From contig OY970126.1 in NCBI GenBank assembly GCA_963705915.1, positions 102,753-166,752 of the forward strand: a stretch of DNA of 64,000 nt. Direction: 5' to 3'. Shown piece by piece: positions 40,447-50,829 of the stretch; position 1 is the first letter of the stretch, and each line of letters begins with the position of its first letter. Below the pieces are notes generated by a model. The model was not told the origin of the DNA and searched no databases. It saw nothing but the letters and a program-made list of their open reading frames with translations. Both the position numbers and the translations under genes were made by a program. The DNA is from an uncultured bacterium (GTDB lineage Bacteria > Patescibacteriota > Minisyncoccia > UBA6257 > 2-01-FULL-56-20).

Positions 40447-40875
40447 ATGCACAGTTTCGATAGCAAAAAGTATGGGAAATTGATTGAAAAATCAGAGACA
40501 CCGGCCCCGCCGGCTGATTTGGCGCAAAAAACCCTCCTCGCGATCGTGTTGCGGCAAAGGAAGATTTTGATGGGTAAGCTCATTGGGCTTGGCCTCGTGT
40601 TCGCGGCTTCGCTTGCGATGGTCGTGACGCAGCTCGTGACCGCGACGTCCCAACTTGGACAGTCGGGCTTCTGGACATTTGGATCGCTTTTCTTTTCAGA
40701 TTTCGGCGTGGCCATCACGAACCTTCCTGATATGGTTATGTCTCTTTTTGAGTCATTCCCGATTTTATCGGTCGGCCTCGCGATCGGCGGCCTCGCAATT
40801 GCCATCTGGTCGTTCGCAGGTTTTATCGACGATGCCAATGTATTGCGCGCAAGCCGGTCGCTCTTGCTCGAATAA
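40447..40875 (+). CDS. Membrane protein, putative anti-sigma factor
   Basis: Follows the ECF gene; soluble N-terminus and TMs; GCACC..CGTATA ECF-like promoter just upstream. Confidence 0.55.
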   Translation: MHSFDSKKYGKLIEKSETPAPPADLAQKTLLAIVLRQRKILMGKLIGLGLVFAASLAMVVTQLVTATSQLGQSGFWTFGSLFFSDFGVAITNLPDMVMSLFESFPILSVGLAIGGLAIAIWSFAGFIDDANVLRASRSLLLE

Positions 40876-40887
40876 CTTCTGTTTGCC

Positions 40888-41406
40888 ATGAACGATATTT
40901 CCCATTCAAAAAAGATGAACGCGATTTTAATTATTCTCGGTAGCATCGCCGTCGTTTTTGTTGTCTTTGCCCTCGGCGTTTACGTTGGATATCGGAAGGC
41001 TATCTTTGCATCAGGGCGCAGCGATAATTACTATCGGGACTTTTTGGGGGGCACACCGCCGGCGGGGGTGATGGGATTCACGAGCGGCATGCCTGGAGAC
41101 ACCCATGGCGTCATCGGCACCGTCATTGATATTGGCAGTTCGAGCGTTGTCGTCGAAGATGCCAACAGCGATGAAGAGTCGGTGGTCATTTCTTCCGGGA
41201 CGGTTATCCGGATGCAGAACGAAACGATTGGTATCGACGGTTTCACGACGGGCGAAGGCATTGTTGTGATCGGCGAACCCAATGACAGCGGCCAGATCGA
41301 AGCGCACTTTGTGAGGGTTTTCCCTGCGACGTCATCGTTTCCGGCATCTCCGCCTGTGACGCCGATGTCGAATACGTCGAATGAAGTCATTATCCAAACC
41401 TTATAA
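40888..41406 (+). CDS. Membrane-anchored DUF5666-like OB-fold protein
   Basis: G.V....V.....T.I...G..IVVIG......IEA..VRV pattern. Confidence 0.6.
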   Translation: MNDISHSKKMNAILIILGSIAVVFVVFALGVYVGYRKAIFASGRSDNYYRDFLGGTPPAGVMGFTSGMPGDTHGVIGTVIDIGSSSVVVEDANSDEESVVISSGTVIRMQNETIGIDGFTTGEGIVVIGEPNDSGQIEAHFVRVFPATSSFPASPPVTPMSNTSNEVIIQTL

Positions 41407-41412
41407 CCATTT

Positions 41413-43257
41413 ATGTTTAAAAAATTCACACAAGCAATGCGGGCACATAAAGTCATCACGGCCATCATCATTATCGTTGTCGTCGTTGGAGGGTATTATT
41501 GGTACAAATCAGCGCAGGGTTCGAATACGGTGACGAGCTATGTGGTTCAGCAGGCTTCGCTCGGAACCGTTATTGCGTCTGTCTCAGGAAGCGGGCAGGT
41601 GCAGTCGTTGGCTTCGATTCCGGTGAAGAATCAGGGCTCGGGTAATGGTAATGTGACGCAGATTTACGTGACGGTCGGTCAGCATGTCAGCGCGGGACAG
41701 TTGCTCGTGCAAGTTGATCCGACGAACGAACAGAAAGCGCTCGAATCAGCACAGCTTAATATGCAGTCCGCGAATATTTCGCTTGAGAAACTGCAAGAAG
41801 CTCCGGCAACGACAACGCTCCAGCAGGACGAAGATGCGGTGACGCAGGCGTCGACGTCGATTGCCACCGATTACCAGTCAGGCTACGACTCCCTTGGCAG
41901 CCTTTTCGTCGATCTGCAAAATGTGATGACAGGACTCCAGAATTTTGTTCTTGGCAACAACGTGAATAAAATTCAAAACGATCCGAATGCATTCGTAAGC
42001 CTTTTGCCGGCATACCTTCAACCTTCGGCCCAACCGTATGCCACCAATGTCCAATCGACGTATAACGCCGCGACGGCAGCGTATAGCCAGAACTTAGCCG
42101 ACTATCAGGCCCTCTCGAGAAATTCAAGCTCATCATCGCTCGATGCTTTGTTTTCAGAAACCGCGAACACCACGAAGGCGGTGAGTAATGCGGTGATCGC
42201 ATCAAAGGACCTCATCACCTATATCGTGGACAGCTATCCGAGTTCGTCGAGTACGAAGCCGTTGCCATCAATTGTGAATAGTGACCAGACAAATTTCTCC
42301 ACGTATACGCAGACGATTACGAACGACATTACGAATATCACCAATGCCCAAAACACCATCGCAAACGACGAGATTTCCCTCAACGAGAAGGAAGAAGCAC
42401 TGACATCGCTCGAAGCCGGTCCCGACCCGCTCGACGTGCAGTCCCAGCAAATTTCAATCCAGAGCTCGCAGATGTCGCTCCAGACGGCGGAGCAGAATCT
42501 CGCCGATGATTCCATCCGGGCACCAGTGTCGGGAACGGTGTCTGCTATCGGTGCCGTTGTCGGAACACCGATTGCATCTTCTGCAGTGACACTTGTTGCG
42601 GATGGCGAAGTTGCTCAGGTGACGTTGAATGAGGTTGATGCTGCAAAAGTAAATCTTGGCGACCAAGCCACACTCACCTTCGATGCTTTGCCCAATCTTT
42701 CGATCGCAGGGCAGGTGGTGGAACTCGATCCGGTGGGCACAGTGAGCCAGGGCGTTGTGAATTATAACGCGCAGGTGAGTTTCACTAATACTTCAACGAG
42801 CACGCTGCAAGTTAAACCGGGGATGAGTGTGACCGCGAATATTGTGACTCAGGCTGACCAGAATGTTATTACTGTTCCGAATTCGGCGATTGTAACGGAG
42901 GGTGGTTCGAGTTATGTACTTGAACCTGCGACGCCGCTTTCCGCAGCCGATCTTTCTACGGCGAGCGCAGCTAGCGGTATCCAATTGCCCCAAGGCACAA
43001 AGATGGTTCCGGTGACGGTGGGCCTTTCGAATGATACGGTGACTGAAATTACGTCTGGCGTGAATGCGGGCGATCAAGTCATCACACAGACCATTCATTC
43101 ATCCGGAAGTTCAAGCGGAGGTACAAGCGCCGGAGGTACAAGCGCTCTCCGTGCATTAGGAGGCGGAGCTGGTGGAGCGGTTTTTGGAGGCGGAGCTGGT
43201 GGTGGCTTTGGCGGAGGCGCGGTGCGCACTGGCGCAGGGGCTGGTGCGGCGAGATAA
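41413..43257 (+). CDS. MacA/HlyD-type periplasmic adaptor with long coiled coil
   Basis: V.GSGQV, IRAPVSGTV, KPGMSVTANI, V.VGLSND; Gly-rich tail. Confidence 0.88.
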   Translation: MFKKFTQAMRAHKVITAIIIIVVVVGGYYWYKSAQGSNTVTSYVVQQASLGTVIASVSGSGQVQSLASIPVKNQGSGNGNVTQIYVTVGQHVSAGQLLVQVDPTNEQKALESAQLNMQSANISLEKLQEAPATTTLQQDEDAVTQASTSIATDYQSGYDSLGSLFVDLQNVMTGLQNFVLGNNVNKIQNDPNAFVSLLPAYLQPSAQPYATNVQSTYNAATAAYSQNLADYQALSRNSSSSSLDALFSETANTTKAVSNAVIASKDLITYIVDSYPSSSSTKPLPSIVNSDQTNFSTYTQTITNDITNITNAQNTIANDEISLNEKEEALTSLEAGPDPLDVQSQQISIQSSQMSLQTAEQNLADDSIRAPVSGTVSAIGAVVGTPIASSAVTLVADGEVAQVTLNEVDAAKVNLGDQATLTFDALPNLSIAGQVVELDPVGTVSQGVVNYNAQVSFTNTSTSTLQVKPGMSVTANIVTQADQNVITVPNSAIVTEGGSSYVLEPATPLSAADLSTASAASGIQLPQGTKMVPVTVGLSNDTVTEITSGVNAGDQVITQTIHSSGSSSGGTSAGGTSALRALGGGAGGAVFGGGAGGGFGGGAVRTGAGAGAAR

Positions 43258-43268
43258 TCGATTACGCT

Positions 43269-44012
43269 ATGAAGAAAGACATCATTCAATGCACGGATAT
43301 CAAAAAGGTATATAACACGGGCGGCATAGAGACCGTGGTCCTTAAAGGGATCACGTTCTCCGTTGCGGAGGGCGATTTCGTCGCCATCATGGGGCCATCC
43401 GGATCAGGTAAGTCGACGCTCATGCACATCATCGGCGCGCTCGACACGCCTACGTCAGGAAAATATATGCTCGACGGCAAGGATGTTTCGAAATTATCCG
43501 ACGATGAACTTGCCGACATCCGCCGGGAAAAAATCGGATTTGTATTTCAGTCGTTTAATTTGTTGCCGCGCACGACCGTGCTTCGCAACGTGGAATTGCC
43601 GCTCATTTATGAAGGTACCGAGAAAGAAAAACGGGAACGGATTGCAAAGAAAGCCCTCACCGATTCGGCATTCCCAGAAGCCTTTTGGTTTCATCATTCG
43701 AATCAGCTTTCTGGCGGCATGATGCAGCGCGTTGCCATTGCGCGATCGCTCGTCAACAACCCCGCACTCATTCTTGCCGATGAGCCCACGGGAAACCTCG
43801 ACTCGCGGACCGGTGAAATCGTCCTGCATACCTTTCAGTCACTCAATATGAAGCACGGCAAAACTATAGTCCTCATTACGCACGAGCTATACGTCGCCGA
43901 ACACGCCAATCGGATCATCCATATTTTAGATGGCAACATCGTGAAAGAAGAGACGAATCATCATAAGCGTATTGCAAAAAATGAACCGGCGCAGGCTGCG
44001 CTTACGATTTAG
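43269..44012 (+). CDS. MacB/LolD-type ABC ATP-binding protein
   Basis: [39 protein letters not shown]. Confidence 0.93.
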   Translation: MKKDIIQCTDIKKVYNTGGIETVVLKGITFSVAEGDFVAIMGPSGSGKSTLMHIIGALDTPTSGKYMLDGKDVSKLSDDELADIRREKIGFVFQSFNLLPRTTVLRNVELPLIYEGTEKEKRERIAKKALTDSAFPEAFWFHHSNQLSGGMMQRVAIARSLVNNPALILADEPTGNLDSRTGEIVLHTFQSLNMKHGKTIVLITHELYVAEHANRIIHILDGNIVKEETNHHKRIAKNEPAQAALTI

Positions 44013-44023
44013 TTTTTAACACT

Positions 44024-45271
44024 ATGACCACGCAGGATCTATTTGAAGAAACCTATAGTGCGGTAACCGTCAACAAGGTACGGTCCGGTCTTACGATGCT
44101 TGGCATTGTGATTGGCATCGCGTCAGTGATCGCCATGGTTTCGATTGGGCAGGGGACGCAGGCTACGATTTCTGCAAGTATCAATTCATTAGGGGCAAAC
44201 CTCATCATCGTGACGCCGGGAGCGCAACGCGCCATCGGGTCAACGGTGAGCGCCGGCCTTGGCAGCTCACACACGCTCACGCCAGATGACGCAGACGCGA
44301 TAGCGACGCAAGTGCAAAATGTTGAGGCGGTTGCCCCGTCCGTTACTGCCCGCGAACAGGTAGTTTATGAAGGAGAAAATACCAACGTGAGCGTTCTTGG
44401 AACGGTGTCGAGTTATCCGCAGGTTCGCAATGTACAGATTGCTCAAGGGTCATTTATTAGCGATACCGATAACACCGATGCAAACCGGGTCGCGGTCATT
44501 GGTCCAACAGTTCTTCAAAGTCTATGGAATCCGAGCGGCAACGCAACGGCGACGCCTGACCAGGCGATTGGGCAAACGATCCGTATCGACGGCGATGATT
44601 TCACGGTCATCGGCGTCACAGTCTCCAAAGGTGGCAGTGGATTTACGAATCAAGACAACATGATCTATGTGCCGCTTTTGACGGCGCAGCGATACTTCAC
44701 GGGCGATACGTCATATGTGACAGAAGTGGACATCGAAGCGGCAACGCAGCAATCAATGACGCAAGTCCAGAACGACATCACCAATCTCTTGCTCGAGCGC
44801 CATAACATCGCCGATCCAACCGAGGCGGACTTTACCGTTTTGAACCAAGCGGACATTGTGCAAACCGCTTCAAGCGTTACGAATACCTTCACGCTACTCC
44901 TCGCTTCCATTGCTGCGATATCGCTCCTCGTGGGCGGCATCGGTATTATGAATATGATGCTCACGACAGTCACTGAGCGCACGCGCGAGATTGGCTTGAG
45001 GAAGGCAATTGGCGCAAAGAAAGGCGACATCACATTGCAATTCCTCGGCGAGTCGGTGATGCTCACCTTCACTGGCGGCCTGATCGGCGTTGTGCTCGGA
45101 TGGCTCATCTCCGTTGGCATATCTACATTTGCAGGCATATCGACAACAGTTTCCATTCCCTATGTCCTTCTCGCTTTCGGTGTGTCTGCGGCGATCGGCA
45201 TTATTTTCGGTTATTACCCTGCAAAGCGTGCGGCCTCCCTTAGTCCCATTGAAGCTTTGCGCTATGAATAA
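44024..45271 (+). CDS. MacB/FtsX-type ABC permease
   Basis: RS.LTMLGIVIG, GGIGIMN.M...V.ERTREIG.RKAIGA, P.EALRYE. Confidence 0.93.
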   Translation: MTTQDLFEETYSAVTVNKVRSGLTMLGIVIGIASVIAMVSIGQGTQATISASINSLGANLIIVTPGAQRAIGSTVSAGLGSSHTLTPDDADAIATQVQNVEAVAPSVTAREQVVYEGENTNVSVLGTVSSYPQVRNVQIAQGSFISDTDNTDANRVAVIGPTVLQSLWNPSGNATATPDQAIGQTIRIDGDDFTVIGVTVSKGGSGFTNQDNMIYVPLLTAQRYFTGDTSYVTEVDIEAATQQSMTQVQNDITNLLLERHNIADPTEADFTVLNQADIVQTASSVTNTFTLLLASIAAISLLVGGIGIMNMMLTTVTERTREIGLRKAIGAKKGDITLQFLGESVMLTFTGGLIGVVLGWLISVGISTFAGISTTVSIPYVLLAFGVSAAIGIIFGYYPAKRAASLSPIEALRYE

Positions 45272-45295
45272 AGGTCAAAAAAATAAAATAAAAAT

Positions 45296-45763
45296 ATGAG
45301 AAAAATTTGGGTAGTCGTCATTGCGGTCGTGTGCGCGGGCGTATTCTTCTATGTTGGGATGGTGTACGGAAAAAATACCGCATCGTCTTCATCTGCTGGC
45401 CGAGGCGGCAGTTTCGCGTTCTCTTCGTCCACACGGGCCGGATTCGGCGCGCGCGGGGGGACAGGAACCGGAGGGACGGGAGGCGTCGTGACAGGCCAAG
45501 TTATTTCAACGAACGCCGACAGTATGACCGTGCAACTCGCGAATGGCAATTCACAGGTGGTGTTTTTCTCGAGTTCAACGGACATAGAAAAACCGTCACC
45601 GGTTCCAGCGAGCGAGCTTACTGACGGGACAGAGGTGATTGTGACAGGCTCATCGAATTCAGATGGGAGTGTCACGGCGCAGATGATCCAGGTTCGGCCG
45701 GCGGGTATGGGCGGATTCTTTGGAGGTGGTGGATCTGGGAGCGCATCATCATCAAGCCAGTAG
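45296..45763 (+). CDS. DUF5666-like exported protein
   Basis: Signal/TM, Gly-rich linker, G.V.V.G....DGSVTA..IQ. Confidence 0.7.
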   Translation: MRKIWVVVIAVVCAGVFFYVGMVYGKNTASSSSAGRGGSFAFSSSTRAGFGARGGTGTGGTGGVVTGQVISTNADSMTVQLANGNSQVVFFSSSTDIEKPSPVPASELTDGTEVIVTGSSNSDGSVTAQMIQVRPAGMGGFFGGGGSGSASSSSQ

Positions 45764-45767
45764 CGAA

Positions 45768-45799
45768 ATAAAAATTCCTGCATATGCAGGAATTTTTAT
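45768..45799. terminator. Terminator closing the ECF-MacAB operon
   Basis: ATAAAAATTCCTGC-ATAT-GCAGGAATTTTTAT. Confidence 0.7.
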
Positions 45800-45941
45800 C
45801 TGCCGTTTCAGATACGATTACGGGCGAAAACATCATGATTCCTGTGGTTTATGCACACTTCGCGAAAGGATATCAAAAAAAGGCTATATAATTAAACCAA
45901 AGGCGAGTTCCTGCCATTTTTTCGGTGTTCGGACACTCACC

Positions 45942-47204
45942 ATGCCGACCCAAAAAGCGATTAAAAAAAAATCTACGAGAGAGAAGGGGCGAGCATCTGC
46001 ATCGCGTCGTACTTTGCGTAGTCCGCTCCGTAGCAGGGCTAAAACTTCCCAAAAACCCGTTCGACGAAAAATCCCTGCGCGACTCACAAAAACAGCTCGC
46101 CGCACGATGCTTCTCCAGGCCATTCGAGAGGCGCGTGCCAAACGAGCGTTGCGTGAGAAAGGCGAAGAGCGTCCGATCCATCCGCATGAGCTGCGCCGGC
46201 ACGAAGAGAATCCGATCATCGAGCCGCGAAAACATAATTTTTGGGAGATGAAAGCAACGTTCAATCCTGGCGCGATCTACGCCGATAAACGGGTGCATCT
46301 TTTGTATCGTGCAATCGGTGGGGATGATATTTCGGTCCTGGGTTATGCATCCAGCGAGGATGGCGTAACGATCAGCGAGCGACTCAACGAGCCCGCATAC
46401 ATACCAAGCCATATCATAAAAAAGACGGAGGCGATGCGTGCCAGTGCTCCGCCGGTGGCGTATCTTTCGGGTGGTGGATGGAATGGTGGTTGCGAAGACC
46501 CACGGCTCACTATGATTGATGACCGTGTCTATCTGACTTACACGGCGTTCGATGGCTGGGGTTCGGTTCGCATTGCACTATCCTCGATCGGTGTCGAGGA
46601 TTTTTTGCGAAAGGCATGGCGTTGGAAAAATCCGGCGCTCATTTCACCGCCGGGCGAAATCCATAAAAATTGGATGCTTTTCCCGGAAAAAATTCACGGC
46701 AAATTTGCTTTGCTTCATAGCATCTCGCCGCACATTCTGGTCGATTATTTCGATTCCCTTCACGAGCTTGAAGAGTCTCGGCGCACCATCCGGAGTGTTC
46801 GCGAGATGGTTCCAAATCTGGGGCGATGGGATAGCTTTGTGCGCGGAGCCGGACCGCCGCCAATGAAGACGAGGCTCGGATGGTTGCTTTTTTATCACGC
46901 CATCGACGCTCGCGACCCCGGTCGCTATAAGGTGGGCGCTATGGTGCTCGATAGCGATGATCCGACCAAAATTCTATATCGTTCACAGAGCCCGGTGCTT
47001 GAACCCGAAATGGAATATGAAAACAACGGCATCGCCTCTGGTATTGTTTATTCCTGTGGGGCCGTTGTGAAAGATGGTACACTGTATCTTTATTATGGAG
47101 GAAGCGACAGTGTATCGTGTGTAGCGACGGCGAACCTCGACCAGTTCCTGGAAGATCTCAAAAAATACGGAACACCAAAACTTGTACTTCATGCCAACCG
47201 TTAA
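45942..47204 (+). CDS. GH130-family glycosidase/phosphorylase with basic N-terminal extension
   Basis: FNPGA, LLYRA, GCEDPR, KNW.LFPEKI, W.LFYH, YYGG.D. Confidence 0.85.
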   Translation: MPTQKAIKKKSTREKGRASASRRTLRSPLRSRAKTSQKPVRRKIPARLTKTARRTMLLQAIREARAKRALREKGEERPIHPHELRRHEENPIIEPRKHNFWEMKATFNPGAIYADKRVHLLYRAIGGDDISVLGYASSEDGVTISERLNEPAYIPSHIIKKTEAMRASAPPVAYLSGGGWNGGCEDPRLTMIDDRVYLTYTAFDGWGSVRIALSSIGVEDFLRKAWRWKNPALISPPGEIHKNWMLFPEKIHGKFALLHSISPHILVDYFDSLHELEESRRTIRSVREMVPNLGRWDSFVRGAGPPPMKTRLGWLLFYHAIDARDPGRYKVGAMVLDSDDPTKILYRSQSPVLEPEMEYENNGIASGIVYSCGAVVKDGTLYLYYGGSDSVSCVATANLDQFLEDLKKYGTPKLVLHANR

Positions 47205-49119
47205 ACGGTCACCGCATAACCCAATCTTTGCGCCGGATCCTTCTTCTGCCTGGGAAGCCGTCGGCGCTTATAATCCTTCTGTTGCCATGAAAGATGGCGT
47301 GGTGCATGCTCTTTATCGCGCTTCAGCCACGAAGAGCAAAGTGGGGGATATCGAATTGGAAATCTCTTCCATCGGCCACGCCGTGAGTGATGACGGCGTC
47401 CATTTCCGCGACCGTAAACGTTTTGTTTTTCCCCAATACCCATGGGAGCAGTTTGGCTGCGAAGATCCGCGCGTCACGGAGTTCGAAGGGCGTTATTACA
47501 TTTTTTACACCGCCGTGCAGGCGTTCAATGCCGATGGCATAAAAGTGGCCGTTGCGATAACAAAAGATTTTAAGACGATCGACGAGCGCCATCTCGTCAC
47601 TCCGTTCAACGCCAAGGCAATGGCATTGTTCCCTGAGCGCGTGAACGGAAAAATCGCCGCCATACTCACGGTCAATACCGATCGTCCACCGGCAAAAATC
47701 TGCCTCGCGCTTTTCGATCGTATAGAGGATATGTGGTCGCCAGAATATTGGAAAGAATGGTATGCCAACCTCGAAAAACATGTGATTCCGCTTGCCGAAA
47801 ACTTTGATCGCGATCAAGTTGAGGTCGGTTCGCAGCCGATAAAAACAAAGAATGGCTGGCTCATTTTTTATTCCTACATCTATAATTATTTTTCGCCTCC
47901 GCCGATTTTCGGCATTCAAGCGGCACTTCTCGACTTTGCGAATCCGCAAAAAATAATTGGGGAGGTAAAACGTCCGTTTCTTATCCCGGAAGAAGATTAC
48001 GAGCAATACGGCCGCGTGCCGCATATTGTTTTTCCATCCGGTGCACTTATCGTCAAAAAAGAAGTCTATCTCTATTATGGCGCAGCCGATACGTCTTCTT
48101 GCCTCGCAAAGATTCCCTTACAGGAGCTTGTCGATCAGCTGGCTTTCACCGCCGAGCGGGAACTTCGGCGCTTTGAAGGAAATCCGATTCTTGTGCCGAT
48201 CAAAGATCACGGGTGGGAATCGAAAGCTGTTTTCAATCCCGCAGCAATTTATGAAAAAGGTAATGTGCATATTTTGTATCGGGCGATGGGGGATGATAAC
48301 ACATCGGTCGTAGGGTATGCTGTTTCCCGTAACGGTCTTCATGTTGATGAACGTTTCCCGAAGCCGATCTATGAACCACGGGAGTCCTTCGAGGCAAAAT
48401 TAGTTCCCGGCGGCAATTCAGGCTGCGAAGATCCTCGCATCACGCGGATTGGTGAGACGATTTATATGTGTTACACCGCCTACAACGGCAAAGATGTTCC
48501 GCGTGTGGCCTTCACCTCTATCAGTGTTCATGATTTTGTACATCACGCCTGGCATTGGGCAAAGCCGGTTCTTATCTCGCCACCAGGCCTTGACGATAAA
48601 GATGCTGCGTTATTTCCAAAGAAGATAAAAGGGAAGTATTGGTTTTTGCATCGGCTTGGTTCCGATATATGGATCGATTCAGTGAGCGACCTCAATTTCG
48701 ATGGAAAGACCAAATTCCTCGGCGGGAAAATTTTGATGCGGCCACGCGACACCGAATGGGATTCACGGCGCATCGGCGGTACGTCGCCGCCGATCGAGAC
48801 CGAATACGGATGGGTTTGTTTTTATCACGGCATCTCAAAACGCACCGGGCATTACAACATCCGCGCCGCCTTACTCGACCTCGACGATCCCTCGGTTATC
48901 TTATATCGCACGCAAGATCCGCTGCTTGAGCCGGAAATGAAATACGAAAAAGAGGGGGTGGTGAATAACGTGGTTTTCCCATGCGGCTCGGTCCTTATAA
49001 AAGACAAGCTCTATGTTTATTATGGCGGGGCAGACACTGTCGTGGGGGTTGCAACCATCGATATGGATATCTTGATATCCGGGCTTGTTCGAGAGGCAAA
49101 AGACCGGGGTTTGATATAA
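47191..49119 (+). CDS. Tandem two-domain GH130-family protein
   Basis: Two copies of NP..YRA..GCEDPR..FP..YYG.AD. Confidence 0.87.
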   Translation: MPTVKRSPHNPIFAPDPSSAWEAVGAYNPSVAMKDGVVHALYRASATKSKVGDIELEISSIGHAVSDDGVHFRDRKRFVFPQYPWEQFGCEDPRVTEFEGRYYIFYTAVQAFNADGIKVAVAITKDFKTIDERHLVTPFNAKAMALFPERVNGKIAAILTVNTDRPPAKICLALFDRIEDMWSPEYWKEWYANLEKHVIPLAENFDRDQVEVGSQPIKTKNGWLIFYSYIYNYFSPPPIFGIQAALLDFANPQKIIGEVKRPFLIPEEDYEQYGRVPHIVFPSGALIVKKEVYLYYGAADTSSCLAKIPLQELVDQLAFTAERELRRFEGNPILVPIKDHGWESKAVFNPAAIYEKGNVHILYRAMGDDNTSVVGYAVSRNGLHVDERFPKPIYEPRESFEAKLVPGGNSGCEDPRITRIGETIYMCYTAYNGKDVPRVAFTSISVHDFVHHAWHWAKPVLISPPGLDDKDAALFPKKIKGKYWFLHRLGSDIWIDSVSDLNFDGKTKFLGGKILMRPRDTEWDSRRIGGTSPPIETEYGWVCFYHGISKRTGHYNIRAALLDLDDPSVILYRTQDPLLEPEMKYEKEGVVNNVVFPCGSVLIKDKLYVYYGGADTVVGVATIDMDILISGLVREAKDRGLI

Positions 49120-49163
49120 TAAAAGAAAAGGTCGAAAAACCATATGATTGGTTTATTCATCTT

Positions 49164-49847
49164 ATGATTGTGCAGAACTGGACGGATGTGATCGTGGGAT
49201 CGCTCCAAAATCTCTGGCTTGGGTTTGCGAACTTTGTTCCAAACCTCATCGCAGCGATCATTGTTCTTATTATTGGTCTTATCGTGGCTGCAGGGCTCGG
49301 AGCTCTCATTGAAAGGATCTTCGAAGGCCTTCGGCTCGATGCGTTTCTTGAAAAGCTTGGCTTAAAGCCGTTCTTCGAGCGTGCCGGCCTGCGGCTTCGG
49401 GCGTCGTATTTCCTCGGTCGCTTGGTGTACTGGTTTATTGTGATTGCGTTCTTGCTCGCCGTTTCACAAACGCTTGGCTTGTACGCGCTCTCGATGTTCC
49501 TCACGAGTGTTGTGGGCTACTTGCCGAACGTGATTGCAGCAGTGCTTATCATGCTTGCTGCGCTCGTGCTCGCAAGTTTCTTGCGCCGTGTCGTCACGGC
49601 ATCCGTAATGAGCGCAAAGCTTCATGCCGCGCGTTTTCTCGGATCGCTCACGTGGTGGGCAGTCGTCGTCTTTGGGTTGCTCGCCGCGCTTCAGCAGCTG
49701 AACATCGCCTCGGCGATTATTCAGACGCTCGTCACCGGATTCATTGCGATGCTCGCTTTGGCTGGAGGCTTGGCCTTCGGTTTGGGCGGCAAGGATTACG
49801 CCAACCACTTGATCGGCCGTTTGCGGGAACATACGGAGGCAAAGTAG
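49164..49847 (+). CDS. TM-helix repeat protein (MscS-associated/CmpX-like)
   Basis: Two F/YLPN.IAA repeats, ending GLAFGLGG. Confidence 0.8.
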   Translation: MIVQNWTDVIVGSLQNLWLGFANFVPNLIAAIIVLIIGLIVAAGLGALIERIFEGLRLDAFLEKLGLKPFFERAGLRLRASYFLGRLVYWFIVIAFLLAVSQTLGLYALSMFLTSVVGYLPNVIAAVLIMLAALVLASFLRRVVTASVMSAKLHAARFLGSLTWWAVVVFGLLAALQQLNIASAIIQTLVTGFIAMLALAGGLAFGLGGKDYANHLIGRLREHTEAK

Positions 49848-49952
49848 TCGGTTGGATGGTTTAAATAAAAGGCCCGTAGAGGGCTTTTTATTTTGCCCTA
49901 CGAGCTAGACCGCCCCTTGCGAGAGTTTCTTCCTTTTGCTATACTTTTCCCT

Positions 49953-50333
49953 ATGTTAGCGATCAAGTTACAACGTATTGGCAAGAAGCATCAACCGAGC
50001 TATCGGTTTGTTGTTGCTGAAAAACGCTCAAAAATGGCCGGCCCGCCGGTGGAAGATTTGGGTTCGTATAATCCCTTCACGAAAAGCGCCGTTGTAAACA
50101 AAGACCGCGTTTCGTATTGGATCACAAAAGGCGCTCAGCCGACCACTTCTGTCCACAACCTCTTTGTCTTACAAGGCGTCCTTAACGCTCCCGTAAAGCC
50201 GGTCAAAATGAAGAAGGCAAGTGCAAAGCCAGCCGAGGCAGCGGTCGAAGCCGCTCCAAAAGTTGAGGAAACATCGGTGCAAGCTCCGGAAAGCACTCCC
50301 GAAGGTGCAACCGAAAGCGCCCCTTCTGCGTAA
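49953..50333 (+). CDS. rpsP: 30S ribosomal protein S16
   Basis: ML.IKLQRIGKK.QP.YR.VV, LG.YNP, GAQPT. Confidence 0.96.
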   Translation: MLAIKLQRIGKKHQPSYRFVVAEKRSKMAGPPVEDLGSYNPFTKSAVVNKDRVSYWITKGAQPTTSVHNLFVLQGVLNAPVKPVKMKKASAKPAEAAVEAAPKVEETSVQAPESTPEGATESAPSA

Positions 50334-50446
50334 ATACTAGGTGGTGGGGGTCGATTCTTGACAAAACCCATTCAATGGGTTATACTTACGCCACAATCAC
50401 AAAAATCATTGATTGAGAAAGGTCGTTTCGAAATCACTGCAATTCA

Positions 50447-50761
50447 ATGGCGAATTCATCTTCAGCAGATCAGGAATTCCTTGAGTACTTGGTAAAGTCG
50501 CTCGTGGACCATCCGGATGATGTGAAAGTTGACCGCAAGGTTGACGAGATGGGAGTGTTGCTCTCGCTTCACGTGAATCCGATGGATATGGGTCAGGTGG
50601 TCGGCCGTCAGGGCGCGACTGCAAAGGCCATTCGTTCGCTCTTGCGCATCGTTGGCGTCAAAAACAACGCTCGCGTCAATCTCAAGATCGAAGAGCCGGA
50701 AGGCAGCACTCGCGCACCGCGCGGCGAGCGTCCGGCCCCACAGGAAGGCGAACAGTATTAA
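50447..50761 (+). CDS. khpA: KH-domain RNA-binding protein
   Basis: LVD.PDDV, DMGQVVGRQG.TAKAIR; follows rpsP. Confidence 0.9.
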   Translation: MANSSSADQEFLEYLVKSLVDHPDDVKVDRKVDEMGVLLSLHVNPMDMGQVVGRQGATAKAIRSLLRIVGVKNNARVNLKIEEPEGSTRAPRGERPAPQEGEQY

Positions 50762-50829
50762 TTATTTGGTTATATTCCACAAAAACCGCCTTGCAAAATG
50801 GCGGTTTTTGGTTTATTATCATCTTCATT

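Noticed and set aside
43110-43257. Short GGAGGTACAAGCG and GGAGGCGGAGCTGGTGG repeats
   Set aside because: They encode the Gly-rich tail of the adaptor protein, not an independent repeat element.
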